A stretch of 64,000 bases of DNA, taken from positions 2,500 through 66,499 of the IMG/VR virus record IMGVR_UViG_3300023179_000104; one strand, written 5' to 3'. The number at the start of each line of letters is the position of its first letter. Within the stretch, counting starts at the first letter, position 1. The position numbers and the translations under genes are program-made. Source of the DNA: a virus. The notes beneath the pieces are model-generated. The model was not told where the DNA came from, did no database searches, and saw nothing but the letters and a program-made list of their open reading frames with translations. This document shows, one piece after another, positions 52,892 to 58,738 of this stretch.

Positions 52892-53122
52892 TCATTTTTT
52901 GAATTTACATTCTAACCATTTCCATAATACGATTAAACCAATCGCAACTGAGACCCAACCAATAGCAGAGATACCTGAAAATTCTTTAAGACAACTTTTA
53001 AATGGACCTAGATGAACTTCTCCATCACAAATAGTTGTTTTTGTTGTAGTATTTCCTTTAGAATCTTTTGTGATTTCTATCACTAATTCATTTAATTCTC
53101 TGTATTCATTTTGATTATTCAT
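52892..53122 (-). CDS. Small protein with C-terminal transmembrane helix
   Basis: ISAIGWVSVAIGLIVLWKW; overlaps the upstream minus-strand ORF. Confidence 0.6.
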   Translation of the reverse strand: MNNQNEYRELNELVIEITKDSKGNTTTKTTICDGEVHLGPFKSCLKEFSGISAIGWVSVAIGLIVLWKWLECKFKK

Positions 53123-53315
53123 CCCAAGATCCTTCCTGTTTATGTATCCAAACTTTTAAATCTTTTACATATTTTCTTAATATTTGTGCTTGTTCTTCGT
53201 GCCATGGATCTTCTGTTTTCATTCCGATCCTAATATGATTGTCTATTGCTTGTAACATCTGGTGAATGGGAGCATTCCATGGCTCCCTAATTGGAGTATT
53301 CCACTCTCTTGGCAT
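53115..53315 (-). CDS. Conserved cyanophage hypothetical protein
   Basis: MPREWNTPIREPWN..IH..L.AIDNH; minus-strand CATAAATA at 53342-53349 upstream. Confidence 0.7.
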   Translation of the reverse strand: MPREWNTPIREPWNAPIHQMLQAIDNHIRIGMKTEDPWHEEQAQILRKYVKDLKVWIHKQEGSWDE

Positions 53316-53355
53316 ACATTTGGTTATATTATCACCATTAATATTTATGCGGTGA

Positions 53356-53384
53356 TTGACAAAATCCTAAATAAATGTTATATT
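53356..53384 (+). promoter_or_regulatory. Sigma70-type promoter for the rlpA leader
   Basis: TTGACA-17 nt-TATATT with TG extension. Confidence 0.6.
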
Positions 53385-53438
53385 ATGAATTCCTCACAAC
53401 TGGGGATCACATCATTATAACGTGAGTGAAAATTAGAG

Positions 53439-53487
53439 CCGTGGAAGGTGCCTGCTGAGAGGTTTGGTGTACCCCCCTTCTATACGG
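53439..53487 (+). ncRNA. Structured 5' leader candidate upstream of rlpA
   Basis: GC-rich island; CCGTGGAAGG pairs with CCTTCTATACGG. Confidence 0.45.
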
Positions 53488-53509
53488 ATGTAGAATTCTA
53501 TTTAACTAA

Positions 53510-53872
53510 ATGCTTTTTAAAACACTTTCAATTCTTGCTATTGCTGTAACTGGTTTATCTCCTATTAAAGCAAAAGCAGCGAGCGGATGTTCCCTCGCAT
53601 CACATTATGGAGTCGGTGATGGATATCACGGGCAGACAACTGCCAATGGCGAAAAATACAATGCTTATGAAAAATCGGTAGCACATAAATGGTTACCATT
53701 TGGCACAAAGTTGATAGTTACGAATCAACAAAATGGTAAATCAGTGATTGTGCGTGTAAATGATCGTGGACCTTATGTTGGTGGCAGAGATCTTGACTTA
53801 TCTTATGGTGCGTTCTCTTCTATTGCTTTACCTAGTCAAGGAGTTGCTAACATCTGCTATGCAACTTTATAG
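53510..53872 (+). CDS. rlpA: RlpA-family lytic transglycosylase (DPBB) with signal peptide
   Basis: ASHYG, TANGEKY, AHKWLPFGT, VRVNDRGPY..R.LDLS. Confidence 0.9.
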   Translation: MLFKTLSILAIAVTGLSPIKAKAASGCSLASHYGVGDGYHGQTTANGEKYNAYEKSVAHKWLPFGTKLIVTNQQNGKSVIVRVNDRGPYVGGRDLDLSYGAFSSIALPSQGVANICYATL

Positions 53873-53887
53873 TATTTGATAAATATT

Positions 53888-53911
53888 GGGGAGTTACACT
53901 CCCCTTTTTTT
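53888..53911 (+). terminator. Rho-independent terminator
   Basis: GGGGAG-TTACA-CTCCCC followed by a T tract. Confidence 0.8.
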
Positions 53912-54310
53912 ATGTTCAATTTTAATTTTGGTAAAAAGAAAACATCTATAAAAACAATATTAATACTTACATTGATTGTAGCATCACTTTCATCTTGTCT
54001 TAAGATAGAAGATAAACATATCTGGGATATTATTTACGAAGCATTAGTAAAGTATCAACCAGATTCTTCTTTAATACCAGAACTACAGAAAGATCCTGGT
54101 ATTATTGAAAGAAAAGCAAAACGAACTGTTGATAAAACAATCAGAGATTACGAACGCTTGACGGGGGACGATGGAACTGTTAAGATATCACCTCCAAAAT
54201 ACTCAGAAAAACCAGTGGACACTTCTGTGTGCTATACTGATGAGTGTAGATCACTGGGAGGGGAAATTAGATTATGTGCTCCATGGGTTGACGACTGCCC
54301 TAAACAGTGA
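53912..54310 (+). CDS. Membrane-anchored/lipoprotein-like hypothetical protein
   Basis: Basic N-terminus, hydrophobic stretch ending LSSC, C-terminal CYTDEC..C..W..C. Confidence 0.7.
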   Translation: MFNFNFGKKKTSIKTILILTLIVASLSSCLKIEDKHIWDIIYEALVKYQPDSSLIPELQKDPGIIERKAKRTVDKTIRDYERLTGDDGTVKISPPKYSEKPVDTSVCYTDECRSLGGEIRLCAPWVDDCPKQ

Positions 54311-54316
54311 TATTGT
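54288..54316 (+). promoter_or_regulatory. Sigma70-type promoter heading the RNA cluster
   Basis: TTGACG-17 nt-TATTGT. Confidence 0.55.
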
Positions 54317-54322
54317 TGTTAC

Positions 54323-54406
54323 ATGAACTCCAGCAAGGTGTTTGCTAGGATATAAAAAACTGACGCCTCCCTCTGCAGAAAGAGTAACCATCAGGTCAGT
54401 GTTCAT
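54323..54406 (+). ncRNA. Unidentified structured RNA (multi-stem, possible pseudoknot)
   Basis: Closing stem ATGAAC/GTTCAT; hairpin AGCAA/TTGCT; stem ACTGAC/GTCAGT; loop AGGTGT complementary to ACGCCT. Confidence 0.55.
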
Positions 54407-54411
54407 AAAAT

Positions 54412-54502
54412 AGAAGTGTGACAGAGAGGGTTATTGCTGGGGATTGCTAATCCCCTGATACATGCTACAATATATCCGTTGGTTCAAATCCAACCACTTC
54501 CG
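54412..54502 (+). tRNA. tRNA-Ser(GCT), degenerate (possible pseudogene)
   Basis: Anticodon arm GGGGA-TTGCTAA-TCCCC, long variable arm, T arm GTTGG-TTCAAAT-CCAAC, G73; A1-C72 and A10-C25 mismatches. Confidence 0.7.
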
Positions 54503-54504
54503 TT

Positions 54505-54576
54505 GGAATTGTAGCTCAGTGGTAGAGCACTCGGCTGATAACCGAGCGGTCACAAGTTCAAATCTTGTCGATTCCA
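54505..54576 (+). tRNA. tRNA-Ile(GAT)
   Basis: Cloverleaf; CTCGG-CTGATAA-CCGAG. Confidence 0.92.
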
Positions 54577-54577
54577 T

Positions 54578-54606
54578 TTGACAATCTAAGCACTCTTTGT
54601 TATGAT
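54578..54606 (+). promoter_or_regulatory. Sigma70-type promoter
   Basis: TTGACA-17 nt-TATGAT just before tRNA-Arg. Confidence 0.75.
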
Positions 54607-54614
54607 CGTTTTAT

Positions 54615-54687
54615 GTTTCGGTAGCTCAGTGGAAAGAGCATCTGCCTTCTAAGCAGTTGGTCGCTGGTTCGATCCCAGCCCGAAACG
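54615..54687 (+). tRNA. tRNA-Arg(TCT)
   Basis: Cloverleaf; CTGC-CTTCTAA-GCAG. Confidence 0.92.
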
Positions 54688-54688
54688 C

Positions 54689-54717
54689 TTGACAATTATG
54701 AGTGAATGCTTTATAAT
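54689..54717 (+). promoter_or_regulatory. Consensus sigma70 promoter embedded in an inverted repeat
   Basis: TTGACA-17 nt-TATAAT; TGACAATTAT/ATAATTGTCA arms. Confidence 0.75.
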
Positions 54718-54724
54718 TGTCATG

Positions 54725-54790
54725 AAGAAATTTGTCAAATTTCTTATTTTTGTGCGTTTTACAATTTTTTGAAATCTCATATGAGATTTC
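54725..54790. repeat. Two near-loopless palindromes
   Basis: AAGAAATTTG-T-CAAATTTCTT (54725-54745) and GAAATCTCATATGAGATTTC (54771-54790). Confidence 0.8.
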
Positions 54791-54797
54791 TTTTTTT

Positions 54798-54870
54798 TGG
54801 GGTGTAGCTCAGCGGTAGTAGCGGGATGCTGTTAACATCTAGGTCGCAGGTTCGATCCCTGCCACCCCAG
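54798..54870 (+). tRNA. tRNA-Asn(GTT)
   Basis: Cloverleaf; GGATG-CTGTTAA-CATCT. Confidence 0.92.
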
Positions 54871-54921
54871 TTGGAAGTAAGAACTGCGATTGCCCATATA
54901 TACAATAAAATACTTAATATT

Positions 54922-55218
54922 ATGACCAAGATTAGATGCAAATTTTGCAATAAAGAATTACAAACTTCTCAAGTAAATAAAGGGATTGGATGTCACTGTC
55001 CAAATGAAACTTATATCACGCTTGATCGTTCTGGTCAGGTGAAAATTTCTGCTAAAGATATGTCATTAGTTGAGATTATTGAAGGGGTATCCAAGAAACG
55101 TTTGACAAGTCAAAAAAAATCTGATACTCTTCTTACAGACGCAGATCTCCAATGGCAAGAAGAACGCAGAGAACGAAAAGTTTCTCGCAAACTTTTAGAT
55201 TCAGTGGAGATACGCTGA
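54922..55218 (+). CDS. Zinc-ribbon-like hypothetical protein
   Basis: MTKIRCKFC..L...GCHCPN; start moved out of tRNA-Asn. Confidence 0.7.
   Translation: MTKIRCKFCNKELQTSQVNKGIGCHCPNETYITLDRSGQVKISAKDMSLVEIIEGVSKKRLTSQKKSDTLLTDADLQWQEERRERKVSRKLLDSVEIR
55102..55130 (+). promoter_or_regulatory. Intragenic sigma70-type promoter for downstream tRNAs
   Basis: TTGACA-17 nt-TACTCT with TG extension. Confidence 0.5.
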
Positions 55219-55225
55219 TATCTAA

Positions 55226-55296
55226 CGGGGCGTAGTATAGTGGCAGAATGCCGCGTTTGGGACGCGGAGGTGCAAGTTCGATTCTTGCCGCCCCGA
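55226..55296 (+). tRNA. tRNA-Pro(TGG)
   Basis: Cloverleaf; CCGCG-TTTGGGA-CGCGG; C1-G72, A73. Confidence 0.92.
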
Positions 55297-55300
55297 CTTT

Positions 55301-55393
55301 GGGAGTGTAGCTCAATTGGCAGAGCGGAAAGCTTATACCTTTCGTATACGGCAGATTACCGTGCGGTTGGGGGTTCAAGTCCCTCCATTCCTA
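55301..55393 (+). tRNA. tRNA with TAT anticodon (nominally Ile) and 25-nt variable arm
   Basis: GAAAG-CTTATAC-CTTTC; variable region GTATACGGCAGATTACCGTGCGGTT; T arm GGGGG-TTCAAGT-CCCTC. Confidence 0.85.
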
Positions 55394-55437
55394 CTTGACA
55401 AAGTATGTTATAATATATCTGTTAATTTAATTTAAAG

Positions 55438-55650
55438 ATGAATAGTCAAAAACTTTTTCGTAAATTTGCTAATGAAATTCAAATCTTCAATGATGCAATT
55501 GATGGAATCGTCAACTTAGAGGATGAGTATCCTCAACTTTATAAAAAACTTTATGAGTTTTATGATGTAAATGGTCTTCAACTATATGGAGATACCGATG
55601 ATGATTATGAAATTGTTTTAACTCAATTAGAAAAGGACTTGACAATATGA
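55438..55650 (+). CDS. Conserved cyanophage hypothetical protein
   Basis: L...YP.LYKKL..FY...G.Q.YGD..DDY. Confidence 0.75.
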   Translation: MNSQKLFRKFANEIQIFNDAIDGIVNLEDEYPQLYKKLYEFYDVNGLQLYGDTDDDYEIVLTQLEKDLTI

Positions 55651-55667
55651 GCAGACCATGCTATTAT
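55639..55667 (+). promoter_or_regulatory. Sigma70-type promoter
   Basis: TTGACA-17 nt-TATTAT with TG extension. Confidence 0.7.
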
Positions 55668-55690
55668 TAATGTGTAATTAAAATTTTTTT

Positions 55691-55933
55691 ATGACTGTCA
55701 CTGCTCCTAAAGTTATTTTTGAACGTGAGGGATATCGCTTTGTTCAAAAAGGTATTATTGAACTGAATGGTATGCCTGATTTCAGAATGCAAAAAAAAGA
55801 TTATTATACTAAACGATGGAACGACATTTATCTTTTTGATAATCAAATGCAATGCTTAACTGCTATGGAAGATATTGAATATGCAAAATGGTTAGATCCT
55901 GATTGCGTTCCCGCCTATAGGCATTATACTTAA
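55691..55933 (+). CDS. Conserved cyanophage hypothetical protein
   Basis: YRFV..G.IELNG.PD.R.QK, IYLFDN.MQC..AMED..Y.KWLDP. Confidence 0.8.
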   Translation: MTVTAPKVIFEREGYRFVQKGIIELNGMPDFRMQKKDYYTKRWNDIYLFDNQMQCLTAMEDIEYAKWLDPDCVPAYRHYT

Positions 55934-55954
55934 CTCAAGAAAAGGATTTTTAAT

Positions 55955-56296
55955 ATGCCATTAAATAACACTCCACTTAATTGGAAAAATAAAACTGAAT
56001 TTGTACCCACTAAACCAGAGGAAAAAACTATGTCTACTTTTGATTATTTAAATAACGCAGAAACTGAACTTCGAAATGCTTTAAAATCTACAACTGATCT
56101 TTCTCAAGCATATCAACTTCGTAGAATTGTTGATACGATTAATACTGTAGAGGAAATTAAAAATCAATTTAAGTTTTCGGTATCAGAAGATAGTAAAATT
56201 AAAGATGGATTTTTTCACAGTGAAAACTTTGAAGATATGTATGGAGGAATGCCATTTCCGAGTGCAAGCTCGCCTGATAAATTAATTCTTGGCTGA
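55955..56296 (+). CDS. Hypothetical protein (alternative start at the internal MSTF)
   Basis: Open frame; GAGGA RBS before the internal ATG. Confidence 0.65.
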   Translation: MPLNNTPLNWKNKTEFVPTKPEEKTMSTFDYLNNAETELRNALKSTTDLSQAYQLRRIVDTINTVEEIKNQFKFSVSEDSKIKDGFFHSENFEDMYGGMPFPSASSPDKLILG

Positions 56297-56298
56297 TT

Positions 56299-57069
56299 AT
56301 GATTCCTGTATTAGGTGTTCCTATTCTTAATAGAGGAGATTTGTTATTAGATCTTGTAAGCAGCATTGATTATCCTGTAGAAAAACTTGCTATTGTTCAG
56401 AATAGTCAAGAACCAGATGTAGTTGATGCTGTTGAAAAGATCAAAGGTGATATCAATCCTTATGTAAAATCTGTATATGTTTCTGTTCCATTTAGAAACA
56501 TTGGTTGTGGTCCTTCTTGGAATCATATTATTAAAAGTTTTTCTGAAGCATCTCTTTGGGTAATTTCAAATAATGATATGATCTTTGCAGCGGGCAATTT
56601 AGAAAAAATTTATATTGAACATACAAAAAATCCTGATGCATTTCTTATGGCAATTGGATTTGGACTTTTTGGAATCACTCCTTATATTGTTCATACGTGT
56701 GGATTGTTTGATGAAAATCTTTATCCAGCATATTTTGAAGACAATGATTATCAATTTAGATTAGAAAGAAGTGGCGTTCAAAAAATTGATGTTCCATCAA
56801 GAGTTGTTAGAGAGGAAGGTAGTTTTACGATCAGAAGTAATACTAATTATAATTCTGCTAATGGTAAAAGTTATCCAATAAACGAAAAATATTTTCATGA
56901 AAAATGGGGCGTGAATCAAATTTTTCCCGATGGTTCAGTTGGTTATAAACATCCTTATAATAATTCAGCATTGCTTATAGGAACTTGGAATTATGATCCT
57001 ATAAGAAGAAGAATTCAAAATCAATATTGGAATAATATGGATTCTTTTAGTAATAAAACAATTTTTTAA
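56299..57069 (+). CDS. GT2-family (GT-A) glycosyltransferase
   Basis: VPILNR, NIG...SWN, SNND, G.FDENLYPAYFEDNDY..R. Confidence 0.85.
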   Translation: MIPVLGVPILNRGDLLLDLVSSIDYPVEKLAIVQNSQEPDVVDAVEKIKGDINPYVKSVYVSVPFRNIGCGPSWNHIIKSFSEASLWVISNNDMIFAAGNLEKIYIEHTKNPDAFLMAIGFGLFGITPYIVHTCGLFDENLYPAYFEDNDYQFRLERSGVQKIDVPSRVVREEGSFTIRSNTNYNSANGKSYPINEKYFHEKWGVNQIFPDGSVGYKHPYNNSALLIGTWNYDPIRRRIQNQYWNNMDSFSNKTIF

Positions 57070-57070
57070 T

Positions 57071-57721
57071 ATGTCATTTAATAAATTGATTATTGATTCT
57101 ACAAATTCACGAACTGATCTTTGTGATCTTGGAGTTAAATATCCAACAGATAAATCTCCATATAATGTGGGATCAAGTAGTGGTCATAGGCATCCTTATA
57201 CTGCTGTGTATGATCTTCTCTTTGCTTCACTAAGATATAAAGATATCAACTTTGGTGAGATTGGAATTGAGTATAACAAATCTATGATTTGCTGGAGAAA
57301 TTATTTTACTAAAGCAAAACTTTGGGGATGGGAATACTATCAAGAAAAAATTGATAAAGCTTTACTGGATGGATTGAAAGATGTTACATATATTAATATG
57401 AATGTATCTTTAGAAAATTCAATTGAAGAAGGATTTAAACAATCTGGAGTTAAATTTGATATTATTATTGATGATTCTACACATGTATTTGAAGATCAAA
57501 TACGAATTTCTAAAATAGTTCATGAGTACATAAAACCTGGAGGTTATTTTATTATAGAAGATATCTTCAGAAATAGATCGGAAATTGATTACTATCAATC
57601 GATCGGTGATTATTCAAAGTATTATCACAGCATCACATTTGTTGATACTGAACATTCAAATAAACTATCAGAACACTGGGATAACGACAAACTATTAGTA
57701 ATGATAAGAAACGAATTATGA
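57071..57721 (+). CDS. Class I SAM-dependent (sugar O-)methyltransferase
   Basis: TDK..H.Y...Y, EIGI, FDIIIDDSTH, KPGGYFIIEDI. Confidence 0.85.
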   Translation: MSFNKLIIDSTNSRTDLCDLGVKYPTDKSPYNVGSSSGHRHPYTAVYDLLFASLRYKDINFGEIGIEYNKSMICWRNYFTKAKLWGWEYYQEKIDKALLDGLKDVTYINMNVSLENSIEEGFKQSGVKFDIIIDDSTHVFEDQIRISKIVHEYIKPGGYFIIEDIFRNRSEIDYYQSIGDYSKYYHSITFVDTEHSNKLSEHWDNDKLLVMIRNEL

Positions 57722-58281
57722 TACACATTATCACTCCATGTTCTCGTCCAGAGAATTTAATCTTTATGAGAGATTCTGTTCCAGCAGAATGTAATTGGAT
57801 TATTGTTTATGATAAGTTAGCAAAACCAACTTCAGAAATTAAAGGAGCAACTATTTTATATTCTCCATATACTGGGTGTGTGGGAAATCCGAATAGAAAT
57901 TATGCATTAGATAATATTGAATTTTCTGATACTGATTGGATATACATTCTTGATGATGATAATATTATTCATCCAGAATGGTTTAATAATGTAAAAGATT
58001 TTACTGCTGATTATCTTAATATGATTGCTTGGGGACAAGTTTGGAAAAATAATAGTATTCGTTTAACTCCCACGAATGATCCAGACATTGGAAACATTGA
58101 CACTTCTTGTTATATGGTTAGGGGTAGATTAATGAAAACTCTTCGTTATGAAATGATCTATGAGGCTGATGGAGTTATGGCAAGAGAAGCATATAAACAA
58201 GGAGGTTTTATGATGCTTGATCAATATCTTGGGTATTATAATTACCTTAGAACACCTGAAGATAGGGACTTGATATTATAA
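57718..58281 (+). CDS. GT-A fold glycosyltransferase-like protein
   Basis: IITPCSRPENL, GNPNRN.ALD, YILDDDN, IDT. Confidence 0.8.
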   Translation: MIHIITPCSRPENLIFMRDSVPAECNWIIVYDKLAKPTSEIKGATILYSPYTGCVGNPNRNYALDNIEFSDTDWIYILDDDNIIHPEWFNNVKDFTADYLNMIAWGQVWKNNSIRLTPTNDPDIGNIDTSCYMVRGRLMKTLRYEMIYEADGVMAREAYKQGGFMMLDQYLGYYNYLRTPEDRDLIL

Positions 58282-58292
58282 TTAAATATAAT

Positions 58293-58340
58293 AGTCCTGG
58301 AATGACTTAAAACTTATACTGGTGGAGTCAAATTTGACCC
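58293..58340 (+). ncRNA. manA-like RNA module (5' part)
   Basis: AGTC-CTGGAAT-GACT..AAAAC..CTGGTGGA-GTCA-AATT-TGAC; resembles the cyanophage manA motif as recalled, not searched. Confidence 0.45.
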
Positions 58341-58380
58341 TATTACCACACACAAACACACACATTAAAGGAGAAAACAA

Positions 58381-58578
58381 ATGACACCTTACGAACTACG
58401 TTTTGAAATCTTTAAGCAAGCAAATGGCCTTGCTCAAGACAAATATCATGCAGCATTTGCCATTGTTGAACAATGGAATGAACATAATTCTGTAAAAACA
58501 GATTATCCAGATTTTCCTTCTTATGAGGAGATTGAAGCACTTGCTGATAAAATCAACGCTTTTGTAAGCAAAAACTAG
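58381..58578 (+). CDS. Small conserved phage protein with CA-rich leader
   Basis: MTPYELRFEIFKQA...FPS.EEI..LA.KIN.FVS; ACACACAAACACACAC leader and AAGGAG. Confidence 0.8.
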   Translation: MTPYELRFEIFKQANGLAQDKYHAAFAIVEQWNEHNSVKTDYPDFPSYEEIEALADKINAFVSKN

Positions 58579-58626
58579 GTTTCCAATTCCCAGTTAAAGA
58601 ATTGGTGGTGTGGCCCAGCCGCACCC
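58578..58626 (+). ncRNA. manA-like RNA module (3' part) abutting tRNA-Gly
   Basis: CCAATTC/GAATTGG stem and GGTGTGG/CCGCACC hairpin. Confidence 0.45.
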
Positions 58627-58627
58627 T

Positions 58628-58699
58628 GCGAAATTAGTTCAGTGGTAGAACGCTATCCTTCCAAGTTAGATGTCAGGAGTTCGAATCTCCTATTTCGCT
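58628..58699 (+). tRNA. tRNA-Gly(TCC)
   Basis: Cloverleaf; GCGAAAT/ATTTCGC acceptor, CTTCCAA loop, U73. Confidence 0.92.
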
Positions 58700-58702
58700 T
58701 AT

Positions 58703-58710
58703 TATAAATA
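58703..58710 (+). promoter_or_regulatory. T4-type late promoter
   Basis: TATAAATA upstream of the fibre genes. Confidence 0.75.
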
Positions 58711-58738
58711 CTTTTACGAAAAGTATTAAAGTCACCGA

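Noticed and set aside
54323-54406. HDV-like (theta), hammerhead or SRP identity for the ncRNA
   Set aside because: No P1 partner or catalytic junction for HDV, no CUGAnGA core, and no SRP GGAA/AGCAG loop.
54826-54921. N-terminal extension of the zinc-ribbon ORF
   Set aside because: It overlaps tRNA-Asn; ATG 54922 is the sensible start.
55133-55378. 81-aa minus-strand ORF
   Set aside because: It is the antisense of two tRNA genes.
55395-55414. TTGACA...TATAAT after the TAT tRNA as a canonical promoter
   Set aside because: The spacer is only 8 nt; at best an extended -10 element.
58345-58364. CA microsatellite as a phase-variation tract
   Set aside because: It is imperfect and directly before an RBS; better explained as an unstructured translational enhancer.
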